The notes beneath the pieces were generated by a model. That model saw only the letters and a program-made list of their open reading frames with translations, made no database searches and was not told the DNA's origin. A DNA stretch of 59,896 bases, filler included, from Dirinaria sp. TL-2023a (lineage: Eukaryota), in assembly GCA_051941275.1 (NCBI GenBank). It is 8 parts of 8 records of this genome, joined end to end, with 100 filler letters (N's around TTAATTAATTAA, not from the genome) between each part and the next. Parts side by side here need not be neighbours in the genome. Positions count along the whole stretch, not along the records: positions 37,601 to 44,980 come from JAVEBF010001319.1; positions 45,081 to 52,448 come from JAVEBF010001320.1; 6 more parts are not named here. The stretch is one strand, 5' to 3'. Position numbers and translations under genes: made by a program. This document shows, one piece after another, positions 38,196 through 49,960 of the stretch. The stretch's first letter is position 1. Every line of letters starts with the position of its first letter.

Positions 38196-40700
38196 CTAAA
38201 CAAGCGCTTTCTTCCCCTTTTCCAGATTCTCGATTTCATACTTGAGCGCAGCACGCTTTCTTCTGGTCGCCACGTCCTCCCCCGCGATGGTTTCTAACTG
38301 CTCCGAACTCAGATCCGCCACAAAAGCCGGCGAAAAGACTCTTACGGGCGCGTCCGGCCCCGTGACCAGGTGATAGTCTGCACCTTGCATGCAACAATTA
38401 TCGACAAAGCGTTTTCTCGCCACCTTGTAGTACGACTGCAATATATCATGCAAATCCTGGACGATGTGGTCAAGGTTACTCGCATGATACGTCTGCATCA
38501 CGACATCCAGCGAAACGAGTTGGGCGCTCTGCTGCGGGGACCAAACGGCTTTGTTTTTCATTCCCTTCTGCACGCGCAATTGTCGGCTAAAGGGGGTGCA
38601 ACGTTCGTCAGTCAGCATTTTCCTTCTAATCAATCAAATGGGAATTAAGACGCATACCATTTCTCGAGGTTATTAGCGAAATAATGGTTTGCGGTGATGG
38701 GTGTCCCATTTCTCTCCGTGTAGAGCACGAACTTCACGTGGTCGATCGCTCTCGAGTACCGCTTGATTAGGTGATCCGATAAAACGGAGTTGATACCGGC
38801 AACGACGCGCTCGTCTCGGCAGCATGATCGGATCAAATCGGAATGGAAGCGGTGTACGATGCATATAACGTCGCTGATGTAGCTCAGAGCTAGATCGTCC
38901 CAGTGGGCCGATTGCTTCTTCCAGATGATTGGTACGATGGAACAATCATATGTACCTAACTCGAATCCGCGAGAGCTTTTGTAGATACCTTCAAGCCACT
39001 CCATAATACCCGAGGATTTCGGTTCGACCACTTTGGCAGGGTGGTACAGAAGCTCGTCGAGGTCCTCGTGTTCCGTGGTGTAGCGGTTGGCGGTTCGAGG
39101 CTGAGGATTTGAAAGAATACGACTTGCATCGTCAAGATTTAGTAGATCCATCTGGGTGGAGTCCATTTTCTCGTTCTCGGGGGCACTCGCTTCTTCGCCC
39201 TCAGAGTCTTTCGCTTCGGCTTCCTTGCCAAACGTCATAACGTGACCACGCATCGCCACGTCTCTTGAGAAGAGCTCGTTTCGGCTTACAATCAGTGTGG
39301 CCAATTTCAAAGATTGTGAGTTCTCGAAAATAGGAGATCCGCCGTAGTGGGCTTTGAGCGCAAGTGAGGTCAGGTTTTGGAATTGTGTTGCTAGCTCCAG
39401 CAAGAATTTATGTTGCTGGTCCTTGGTTTCTCGAGATGGGCCAAGACTATCCAGCTGATACTTGCAGTCTTTGAGCTTCTTGTTGATATCTGCTTTAACC
39501 TTAAACTCGAGTCAGTCGATGAGGAACCAGCAATGTGAGGCAGGATTGAAATTCTCTGTTGAAACATACATGAGGGAACTCTCGGCGGACAGTTTCAGCC
39601 AAGATCTCGCCAAGGCGAGTTTGAAGGCTTTCAATTCCGACCTTGTCTTTGCCTAGCTTGGCCCATGGATTCCTTGTCTTAAAAAAATTAAGCTCGGCAA
39701 AGTTGCGGTCGAAGGACGCATTCGCCAACTCTTCCTGGCCGGGATTGCGAACGATAGCCCAACCCAGATTTAATTTGTGCGACCGACCTTGGAGAAGGTC
39801 AATAACATTGCTCTCTGAACTCTTGTCGACAAGATCAGGTTTCGTAAGAACTCCCAAAGTACGCTGGCCTTTTTTATCGAGTTCCTCGGCCATGTCCAAA
39901 ATTTCTTGCGTCGCGATGTCTACGTTGGCCGGAATGACGGCCAAGATGATTGACCTTGGATTCTGCATGTAGCTGGTCACCATGTCTCTCACCATAGCTT
40001 TGTCTGACTGCGTTGTGACACCCTCAGTGACACGACGGAAAATACCGGGGACGTCAATGACACTCAGGTGTTCTTGATCAGGGTCACAGATCTCAATTCG
40101 AAGTACATCATCCGAGAAAGTCCGCTTGCCAGGCTCAGAGGGCTTTCCCACCCCCATCAGCTCGTGAACCTTACGCGTTTAGCTCGTAATTTCATCATAT
40201 GATACAAAGCGCCGGGCAGCACCTACTTCATTCAAGATCGACGCAAATACCTCCCGCTCCAACTTCTTAATGCCTTCTTTCTTCCAGGCACGCAACTTTT
40301 CAGCGACCTCTTTGGTAGCATTGGCTGAAGGAATAATCGAGACCGCTATCTTTGTTGTAGGAGCCCTCCTAAAAGTGATCTGGGTCGCGAAACGAGTGCA
40401 CAAGCCACTATCGCGCGGAAAGGGGAGCTTCGTGAGACCTTCAAGAACAGAGCTTTTTCCACTGAAGAACGTTTTAGTACGTAGAAGAGGTGCCCCTTGA
40501 TTCGAGTCCTTTACCTTGACTGGTCTCCGACGACGAGTAGCTTTAGAGTGTTAGCAAAAGTCTTGGGCTTCACACTGGCACTGAAAGCTCACTTGTGGAA
40601 GCGCAACATATTCGCCGATATTGTACTCAAATAGCTTGTCGATAACTTCGAGTAGCTTAGGATCTGCGAGCTTACCACGGTCCTTCGAATGATTAGCCAT
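38196..40700 (-). CDS. Dynamin-family GTPase of the fungal Mx-like type
   Basis: Six exons. G1 LPQ|LLVVGDQS|SGKSS, G2 LCTRF, G3 VIDVPG, G4 LTKPD, stalk RGFELGT, and GED region SYYKVARKRFVDN...IAGED. Confidence 0.92.
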
Positions 40701-41646
40701 GCCGGGTTGACGTAGCATTCCAATGACGACAGCGTCTGCGATGAGGAAAATGAGTTGGGTTGGAACGGAGGTGGGATTTGGAGCGAAGTAAGGAGTCAAC
40801 TAGTGAATGGGCGCGTCGACAAGGCCTAGTCTAGCCAAGAAGCTCTAGTCACTAAATGTACTTGAATACTTCACCGCCTTCCTCATGCATTTGCTCCTAA
40901 GTAATAGTACCTTCTTTGCCGTGCTCTCAGAGCCAGCTACGCCAAGGCATGAGTGAGCGTACAGTTGAGTGCATAGTCTCAAACTACGTCAAAAAAAGCA
41001 TGCGGAAGTTGAGAGGCAGACGGCATCTTCTTCGTTTCAAAATGAAGAAGCTTTGAGACAATTCAGACATGATATCAGAGGACCCATGCAAATCACACCG
41101 CCAAGGTACTGGAAGCTTCGAAATCTAGTCAGACTGCCGATTGGCACTCCGAGCCACAAAATGAATACCGACGCGTATTCATGACAGGTGAATCTAAGAT
41201 AAGACATATCAAACGGAGTCAACGCTTCCTACAAGGTGAGTAGCCGTCTCATCCGATATGAGATCGGGATAGATGTGGCCAAGATCCCTCACAAAATAAT
41301 ATTTCCCATAATGTGGTAAACATTCCAATAAATTGACTCTGAGACCGCTCTGCCTTACTTTTCGGGCGGGTACATGGAAGACTGCGGACGCTCTGGGTAA
41401 GTAGTTGGTCAGCTCGGGGTTGTGGAATTGCCCAGGGTCGAATCATCTGATTGGATGTTCTAGACGCGGCAGCGTGTAACCCCTGTTCGCCAAGCTACAC
41501 GCCAAGCCTGAGAAAGCCACGCTTTCAATTATTATTACTTTACCTGCACTTTGTTGCTTCTCGAAGGTAAAATAGTAGTATATTTCAAAGCTCCGAATTC
41601 TGGCTGAAAATAATTAGTGGTCTGTCAGCTTTTTTAACACATCTTA

Positions 41647-42965
41647 ATGGACGCCTTCTGGACAGCCCCTCCTGTATCGAGGTAAGTACTGCGTTCTTGA
41701 CTGCACTGAAGACATTATCCATCGATGAAAGGGTTCTAATGCTGATGTAACAGGACTCTCACAGCTTTGACATTTGGTACATCGGTCCTTCTTTACGGTG
41801 GTATCGTTGGTGGGAAATGGGTCATCTTCTACCCGCCATGGATCTTCAAATTCCCTATGCCTGAACTATGGCGCTTCTTCTCTCCATTCTGGGTTACTGG
41901 ACCTGGTTTAAGTATTCTTTTTGACACCTACTTTCGTAAGACTATTGATGCTCTCAATACTTCAATTACTAATGAGCTTGCAAGTGTGGACCTATTCGAG
42001 CAACCTAGAGACTTCATCTTCACGCTTTAGCCAACCTGGAGATTTTTTCGTTTATATCATGTTCTTAGGCGTTTTCATCCTTGTAAGTACAGACTCAGCG
42101 TCTCCTATTTGAAGTACCCATCTAGTCCATTTATTGGCTAGTGGCAGTCCTATGTCCACCTCCAAAATCTGCCCGCCCAGCCACGCATGGCTGAAGCGGT
42201 TCCGGAAGTGAGGAAGATTGCCCTTGCATCTCGCGCAGTCCATCATTCGCAATCAATCCAAAGGGATTTGCGCGCGGTGCGAGCATGGTGGGAACATCGT
42301 TTGAGAAAAGCCTCCGTGATCATACTCCATGCGCGTGTGGTGGTAGCAAGTCCCTACAGATCGTCTTCAACTTCTCGTGCGATATCTCTCCTTGACATGA
42401 GCTTATTGAGATCAATCATACTGTGTTGATTGCGGCTGATGCATAACAAGTTGACTGCTGGAGCTATACTCGGTGGGGTGGTCTTCTGCTCAGGTATGGG
42501 CCTTAGGGCCGGCTTCAATACACGCACGTCACCACATGCTAACTTGTTGCAGCCTTGACGCTCGCACTAGCGTACACCTACTCCCAGGATAACAGGGGCA
42601 AGAAAGTCTCATACTTCATTATCACGTTCAATGTGATTTGGCTACCATGGGCGATGTTACTCATGACTTTTATCATGCAAGGCCCTCAAGCAGCATACAT
42701 CCAGTTCACCGGCTTCCTCGCTGCTCACATGTACGACTTCCTCACCCGATTGTACCCCACCTTTGGCGGAGGCAGAAACTTTCTCCGTACTCCAGCCATT
42801 GTCAAGCGGTGGTTCGGAGCAGACAAGGCTGGCTTCCAGCACAGGGGCTATGGAACCGCATTCAGACCTGCTTCGGCAGCTCCAGGAAGGGGTACGTCGA
42901 GTGGGTTCGGATTTGCAAGCGCATGGGGAACTAGGGGTCAGGGGCGGCGTCTTGGAGGCGACTAG
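41647..42965 (+). CDS. Derlin (Der1/Dfm1 family) with a C-terminal SHP-box-like motif
   Basis: Five exons: MDAFWTAPPVSR|TL...PELWRFFSPF...DTYF|LWTYSSNLE...GDFFVY...|LTAG...|LAYTYSQDN...LPWAML...GFLAAHMYDFL...WGTRGQGRRLGGD. Confidence 0.92.
42083..42450 (+). ncRNA. Candidate intronic ncRNA (snoRNA-like) in the 368-nt derlin intron
   Basis: This intron is several times longer than most others in the window. It contains a box-C-like GTGAGGA and two short segments that appear antisense to rRNA. Boundaries and class are not established. Confidence 0.35.
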
Positions 42966-43325
42966 CAGCTTCCTTGCAGTATTTCTGGTTGCATGTGATA
43001 TAGACAGACGATCAGTGTAGCCTTTCACAAATATTGCATTGGATCAATTATCCACTCATCTCTGCTCGTGTATGCTCGGGTAGAACAAGTGGAAGTCATC
43101 GCCGAGAAGAGACGCAGACACGGGCCGAGAATCCAACGGGTCTTGGCGATGCTGAAGACCACCATTGCCTCTAATATAAATGGAAGAATCCTATCCGACG
43201 TCTGGTGAAACATCTAGTTGTCCATTAACCGCATGTCGATGTGTCAATTGGAAAATTGTAAGACTTAGACTGAACTCTTCGCCCCAACAAATGTAGCCAT
43301 CACAGTTTGTCCATCTTTTTCTGTC

Positions 43326-44980
43326 ATGGCTGTTCCACCCACTCGACGAACAAACGCCTCAACGCCCCACTCATTCGCCTTGCCTTTTACCTTCATACTG
43401 CTATTTGGGCGAGTGATTGCTCACGAGCACCACGGAGACAAAATACCAGAGGGAGAAGCCGTTTCCCCAGACCCAATCGTGTGTCTGCTACCTAACCCTC
43501 TCAATGGCCGATCTAATTGATGCTGCAGGACACAACACTATGGATGCATATCGCAATTCAAATCCTCGCCTTCGGCCTCATATTTCCTACGGGGATGGTT
43601 TTGGGCGTGAGTCTCCGCCGCTCTCCGCCGCAGCTCTGGCTCCCTCTAACGAAATCCCTAGATTGTCCGCTCCCGATGGCATGTCCCTGTCCAAACCCTT
43701 GGCGCTGCTCTCGCAATCCTAGGCTACATTCTCGGCCATGCGCACGGCGGGCGCCAGTTCGCACCTAACATCCACGCCTCCTTCGCCACCCTGCTCATGC
43801 TCATGCTCATCGCGCAAGTCATCTTCGGCGTCTATCTAAAGCTGCATCTCGAGAAAGGCATACACGGCCGCATACGGCGCTGGGTCGTGCTCTCGCACGG
43901 GATCGTAGGGAAAGCTTTGCCGGTGGTGAGCTGGGTGCAGATGCTTTTCGGCGGGATAGTCGCGCTCGGATTCTGTCGCGGAGACCATCTGGGGCAGTGT
44001 CTGGCGCATTTCATCATGGGCTCCGCCTTCATCGGCTACGGCATCATCCTCACCATCCTGCTCATTGTCGGCCAAGGCTGGCTAGCCCGCACAGGCCGCT
44101 CGCAGGAGTTCTTCGATTCCCTGATTATTGCGGCATGGGGCTGTGTTAACACCTTTACCGAGCACAGATGGGGGACCGCATGGGTGAAAAACGATCTGCA
44201 ACATACAAGCATGGGGATCGTGTGGTGGTGCGCTGGCCTGCTCGGGGTATGGCTGAGTCGGAAGAGGGACGGACGACCGAAGAGAAACCTAGTGCCGGCG
44301 ATAGTGATTGCATTGACGGGCTGGGCGATGAGTGCGCACCCGCAGAACCTGGAGCTGAGCACGCACGTACACACTGTATTTGGATGGACATTGATGGCTG
44401 CGGGCGCAGCGAGGATCGTGGAGATTTCCTTCGTCCTCAAAGACAAAAACACACTTTCGGAGAAAGATGAAGAAGAAATCAACAGCTGGCAGTATCTCAC
44501 ACCATTTGTAAGTACATCCACCTGCCCCAAATCCCCAAAAAGTCCTCAAAAAGATCCCACAAAGAATCCCGCCGAGTTAAGCCGCTAACCTCCCCCCCAC
44601 ACACAGCTCCTCTACACATCCGGCCTCCTCTTCATGGGCGCCACGGAAGAACAAATGGCGCTGCTATCCAACCACCACGTCTCCCACGTCTCCTACATCC
44701 TCCTCCTCTACAGCATTTCCTTCCTCATGTTCCTCTTCGTCTGCATGCTGCTGCACCTCTACTCCGCGCACACCGCGCCCATCGACCCCAAGCTCAGCGG
44801 CGCGAACGGATATTTGAGCAATGGCCACGCGGTCGATGCGAGGAGGGCTAGAGATGCGGAGGAATTCGAGCTGGAGGGGTTGATGACTGATGATGATGAT
44901 GATCATGAGCATGGGAGTGAGGTTACGAGTAATACACCGGAGAGAAGGAAAGAGGCGGCGGGGCAGGAGCAGGAGCAATA
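43326..44980 (+). CDS. YTP1: YTP1-like polytopic membrane protein
   Basis: Four exons. Signal peptide plus HEHH, LIFPTGMVLG|IVRSRWHVPVQ, GFCRGDHLGQCLAHFIMGSAF, NTFTEHRWG, DLQHTSMG and FMGATEEQ. The stop codon is cut (TA) at the contig end. Confidence 0.9.
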
Positions 44981-45080
44981 NNNNNNNNNNNNNNNNNNNN
45001 NNNNNNNNNNNNNNNNNNNNNNNNTTAATTAATTAANNNNNNNNNNNNNNNNNNNNNNNNNNNNNNNNNNNNNNNNNNNN
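44981..45080. other. Artificial contig linker
   Basis: N44-TTAATTAATTAA-N44. Confidence 0.99.
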
Positions 45081-46349
45081 CTTCCCAGTGAGGACTTGAA
45101 ACACCGTAAACCCCGTCATGTCTTACTAGAACGAGATTCTTGGATTTTTGATTTATGAATGTGCCCCTTCTAGGGAGTCGTAAATCCGAAACATAAATGA
45201 GTCTGATAAATGAATTTTGAACAGGAGGAAGATATACAGCTCCCAAATAGCTGCGTTAATGACCCTCAAATCTAGCTTTGAAGCAGATTCTACGAATCGA
45301 TTTTGCCAGAGGCAGTACCCAGGGGAAAAAAAAGGTTGCTCCAATGTCGTCGATTTTTTTTAGGGGCCTTCGCTTTCTTCAAGAACCGGGATTGCACAGG
45401 CATTATATCTCCACGACAAGCTTCGCTCCTTCCACTTAGCGGAAACGTGGTTAATAAAGCAGAACGAGCTACTGTTGTGATAGTCGCTGTGTGTAGATTT
45501 GTGTAAACTCGTATATTCAGCGGCGTTGATATATTATGATAGGTCGTTGCAGATGGGGAATTTCCTGCCTTTTTTTTTTTGAGGCTTCGACTATCCTTCA
45601 AGCTTCTCCATCTCTTTTCTATCGATCGCTTCTCAAGGTTCAGCATTCATCTATTATTTTAGTTCTCATATTTCCCCTTGGAACCAGATATAACCAAATC
45701 AGTGCTTATCCTGAGAGTTTGCACTACATATCGTCTTCATACGGTATCCTCAACAGCGATCAAATTCTTCTCAAATTATCTACATCACCCTTGAAAAAAT
45801 ACGGGTTTCGTATCACAGTAATGATAGTCCCCTTCGAAAATACGTCAGAGTCAGCTTTGTCTAAACCGTATGACTTGGACAGCCTCAAGTCCTAAATGTG
45901 TCTGGCCTGGCTAGCCCGATGACTGTCTATCGCTAGAGTCGACTTCAATGTCCCTGTCGGGATGACAAGGAACGGGGGCGCCTCTGGTGGACACGCTTGA
46001 TAGTTCTGTATACGCGAGTGGTAGAAATGGGCACTGATGATGACTGAATTGGACTGGGCGATGCGATGCCGGAAATAGCAACACTGCCTCAAAAAAACGC
46101 TTAGAAGAATAGGAAACCATCAGCGATGACATTAACTTAGCGAAGAGAGACGGCGTCACCTCAATCTTAGCTCTCAGTAGTGTTCTTAATGTAGCTCGTT
46201 ACGACTTTCGACCGACGGATGGATGCAGCTTTTACAATTTTTCAGGCGTTCTAGCCGGTTAACATCAACAATGTAAATAGATCGAGGAACATTTCCACTT
46301 CTCTTGACGCCTTGTGACAAGGTTTTTATGTTTAGCAGCGTTGAGTGTC

Positions 46350-46960
46350 TTCGAAGTTTGAGTCGAGTTGTCAACAGCGCTTCAGTTCGCCTGCCTCAAG
46401 CAGGACAGAAGGATTGCTCGCGAACAACAGCAGGTAGATGTCGGGAATACAGAAGCTTTCAAGTTTAAGACCGTGGTGAAACCCGCGGAGGTGCGTATAT
46501 CAACTGTTGGGGATTCATCCACGACTTCTTTCACCATTTAATAATACTGACAAGGGTTGAGTGTCATACTGAAATTGGATTTCTTCTCTCAATTATAGGT
46601 CATAAAATAATGAAAGAGCACTTTGGCTAGTCTCGCATTCTCTACACGCTTGTTCATGACGACGAGTTCTGTAGGGTAAGTCCAATTTATGAATGACAAT
46701 TTGGAAGCATTTCGTGGAACTTTCAAGAAATAGGGGACTTCGATCAGTTCCTTGACGCACATTGAGAAGGAAAAAACAGCGTGAAAGACGGCCGTCAGAC
46801 AATCCAGAAGAAGGTGGAAGAGGTAGAGAGTGAAATCTGAGCGCGTCAGAATGCAAAAAAGTTGTAGAGCATAAAAATGTTCAAGCAGTTGTTCAAGAAT
46901 TGCGCAGGGGAAAGAATGGAGAGCGATAAAGTGGGGAAATGCTCTTCGCTCCATAACTAG
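46350..46960 (+). pseudogene. Possible decayed spliced gene
   Basis: Two intron-like segments and protein-like frames (VECHTEIGFLLSII..., DFDQFLDAH*EGKN...QKKVEEVESEI*ARQNAKKL*) broken by TGA/TAG stops. Family not recognised. Confidence 0.3.
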
Positions 46961-48203
46961 CGTAACTTTCAAGCTGCGTCAATAGGACGACGGAAACATA
47001 CATACAGTAAGTTCCAGAACACAACAGATCGAGATCGTTGGAAGCTTGTGAATGTTGCGTGAGCCTCCCAGAGGAATCCGAGTGCCAACATTCCAGAATA
47101 CAAGCTACACGTCGGCATCAACCCAGACGGGCTTCCAATAAAAACCCTACACCTCGTCATGGCCAAAGAGTATCGAGGTTTGAGTTCCATCACGCAGTAC
47201 CTAAAAGCGTCCCATCCAAAATTACGTTAAATCAACAGTAATAGCGCTCGTAGTGCAGGAATTAAATAGAAAGAATCATTCAAGTAAGTCTCACTCTCCT
47301 GTCGGCGAGGCCTTTGCTTGATTTGGTGAGGTGCTAGCTATTCACCATCAGGAGATCGAGGCGTGGCTGGCTAAGTCTGCCTTTCAAGTTCGTCAAGAAA
47401 GTTCTCGAGCTGCCCGTCGCTAGCCAATAAGGGTTCCTCGGTGGTGGCTCGTAGTCCTAGCTATACTGTAGGCTCATACCAGCAGATTTTAAGAATCTTG
47501 TCCGGCAGGACAAGAGCTGTCTTGATGTAGAACTTTGTTTGGGATTAAGCATTCTGAAGCCGTGAGATGGAAAGTAGAACATCGCTAGAATTTAGAAACC
47601 AATGAATCTAATCTCTTCTCCCCGTACAGAATATAGATGTGTAATCATTTAACAGAACATAAGACTTGCAGCACTATAAATATGTTAGAGAAGCGCAGTT
47701 TGCGACAGGGGTAAAAGAATTTGTAGGCGAGAGAGTATCCTCAGCTCCATCGATGAGGTATGTAGAGGTTACCTGAATACCTCTGAATTGAAATTCTTTC
47801 TCGCCCAGATCGACATGAGATTCGGCATGTAGTCTGCCCGGAATCCAATTGGGCGGTTGCATACTTACCTCTGAATCTGGTTTACGGATTCATGCATGCA
47901 AGATGCATGGGATTGCAGGCTAGGTAAGACCGCATCAGAGTAAATGTCCGAGACTAAGGTAAGAAACATGTATTGTAGGAACGGAAGGAACATGCAAGTC
48001 CTGCCGCGTTTCACGGCTTCCATGACTGATGTGAAGGGAAACTGCACTCTCTGTTCATTTCCATTGAGACCGGAACGCTGTGTGTAAGTAAAGATCGGCC
48101 TAAGGTATTTAAGGTACCTTGGCGTATTTCTGTTTGGTATGGACTGTTTTATCTTGCGCTATTTCGTCCACCGCCATTGCACGCAGCTCACGCCTCATCA
48201 AAC

Positions 48204-49857
48204 ATGAAGACGCTGGCAAACTTGTCCTATTGGCAGGCTGCTGCCCAAATGCTGCCCGGAAAGTTTACAATAGCTGTCTTCGCTATTGGTGTTTCACTAT
48301 GCTACCTGCTACTGCACGAGCTTTTCACGCCTGTACGTAGACACTTCTTCCCTATCCGGGGCAAGAAATGGCACCTTCCGCCTGGTCCTGCCGGTCTTCC
48401 GTTGATTGGAAGCCTGTATGGATGGCTCTCAGCCCGCCGGTCGCCAGACACACTACAAGAATACCTGACCTCCCTCGCTCGGTTTGGAGAAATGACCACC
48501 CTGGATCTTGGATCCAAAACCTGGGTTTTGCTCAATTCGCCACGGGCCGTCAAGGAGATCATCGCCAAGAACGCGGCCTTGACGCATGAGCGACCTCATA
48601 TGCCTATCGCTAGTGACTTGATCAGCCAGGGAAAGAGGAGTACTTTGCGTCCGACAAGTGATTGGGTTGAGGTACGGCGAGTCGTGCATCAAGCCTTCAA
48701 TGGACCGCTCCTGCAAATGTACGGCGAATGGCAGGAGCAGGAGAGTGTTTATATGCTCGCGAGCTACCTTTATTGGCCGCAGAGATGGTATGCACACCAC
48801 TATCGCTACGCAAACAGTGTCATGCATCAAGTCGTCTTGGGCGAGGGTATAAGGAAAAACACTGCCGAGTTGGAAGAGCTGGCCAGAGTGACAAGGGAGT
48901 TTCTGTTCTACCTGAACGCCAGCCTGATTGACTTCTACCCCAAATTTGCGAGAATTCCGAAATTCCTGCAGTTCTGGAGGCTGAAGTGGGAGAAGATAGG
49001 ACAAGCACATCATGATGCGTTCATGACGTGGTGGGATCCCGTGAAGAAGGCCTGCGAGGAAGGGACTGCACCGCCTAGCTTCATCAGGGATGCTCTTCTG
49101 GCCAAACGGACCGAATACTCGGGAAACGACGAGGACAACATGTACTTGTCAATGTCGATACTTTCAGCCGGCAGTGATAGTCCCAGAATGGCTCTCAATA
49201 CTCTTGTAATGGCTGCGCTTTGCCACCCAGAGAGCGTAGCGAAGGCGAGAGATGAGGCTGACATTGTGTGTGGGCATAAAGCCGAGAGGTTACCAAGCCT
49301 CAGCGACATGGCGCAGATGCCTTACACCTCGGCTTTGATTAAAGAGATCCTCCGATGGAGACCCCCATTTCCGCTTGTTCCCCCGCATCAGCTGGTACAG
49401 GACCTAGAATTCGAAGGCTATGTATTCCCAGCAGGAACAGAATTCATGATAAACTCCTTTCCAGTCTCTCATGACGCCGAGGGTCCGGACTCTTTTCGAC
49501 CCGAACGCTGGATCGAGAGCAACAACGAGACTAACATCACCCAGGGTCTGTGGGCTTTTGGAGGTGGGAAAAGGATGTGTGTGGGATACAAATTGGCCCA
49601 AATGGACTTGTTTGTGGCATTTGCAAGGCTTTTGTACTGTTTCGATTACCACTCAGTAGGTCTAAGCCGTAACATTGACATCAAAAGACTGACGAATACA
49701 GGCTGGCCAGTATTCCAGCAAGCGACTCGGGCATAATCTTTTCGGAGAGCCTTTCCCTGTGAAAGTGTCTGTTCGCAGTGAAAAGCACGAACGATTGATT
49801 GTCAAGGAAACTGAGAGTCTCGGACTGCTGGATGTTGCAAAAGCAGGCTTCTGGTGA
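48204..49857 (+). CDS. Cytochrome P450 monooxygenase (CYP64-like)
   Basis: Exons 48204-49655 and 49702-49857. N-terminal anchor, LPPGPAGLPLIG, I-helix AGSDS, KEILRWRP (ExxR), FRPERW and the heme motif FGGGKRMCVG. Confidence 0.96.
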
Positions 49858-49869
49858 TTGCAAATCTAC

Positions 49870-49939
49870 GAGCACACTATGGCTATCCATAGCACTGGCA
49901 AAAGGAGCACACTATAGCTATCCATAGCACTGGCAAAAG
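49870..49939 (+). repeat. 35-bp tandem duplication in the shared 3' region
   Basis: GAGCACACTATRGCTATCCATAGCACTGGCAAAAG occurs twice with one mismatch. Confidence 0.95.
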
Positions 49940-49960
49940 AGCTGTGTAGTCGCCTACCTT

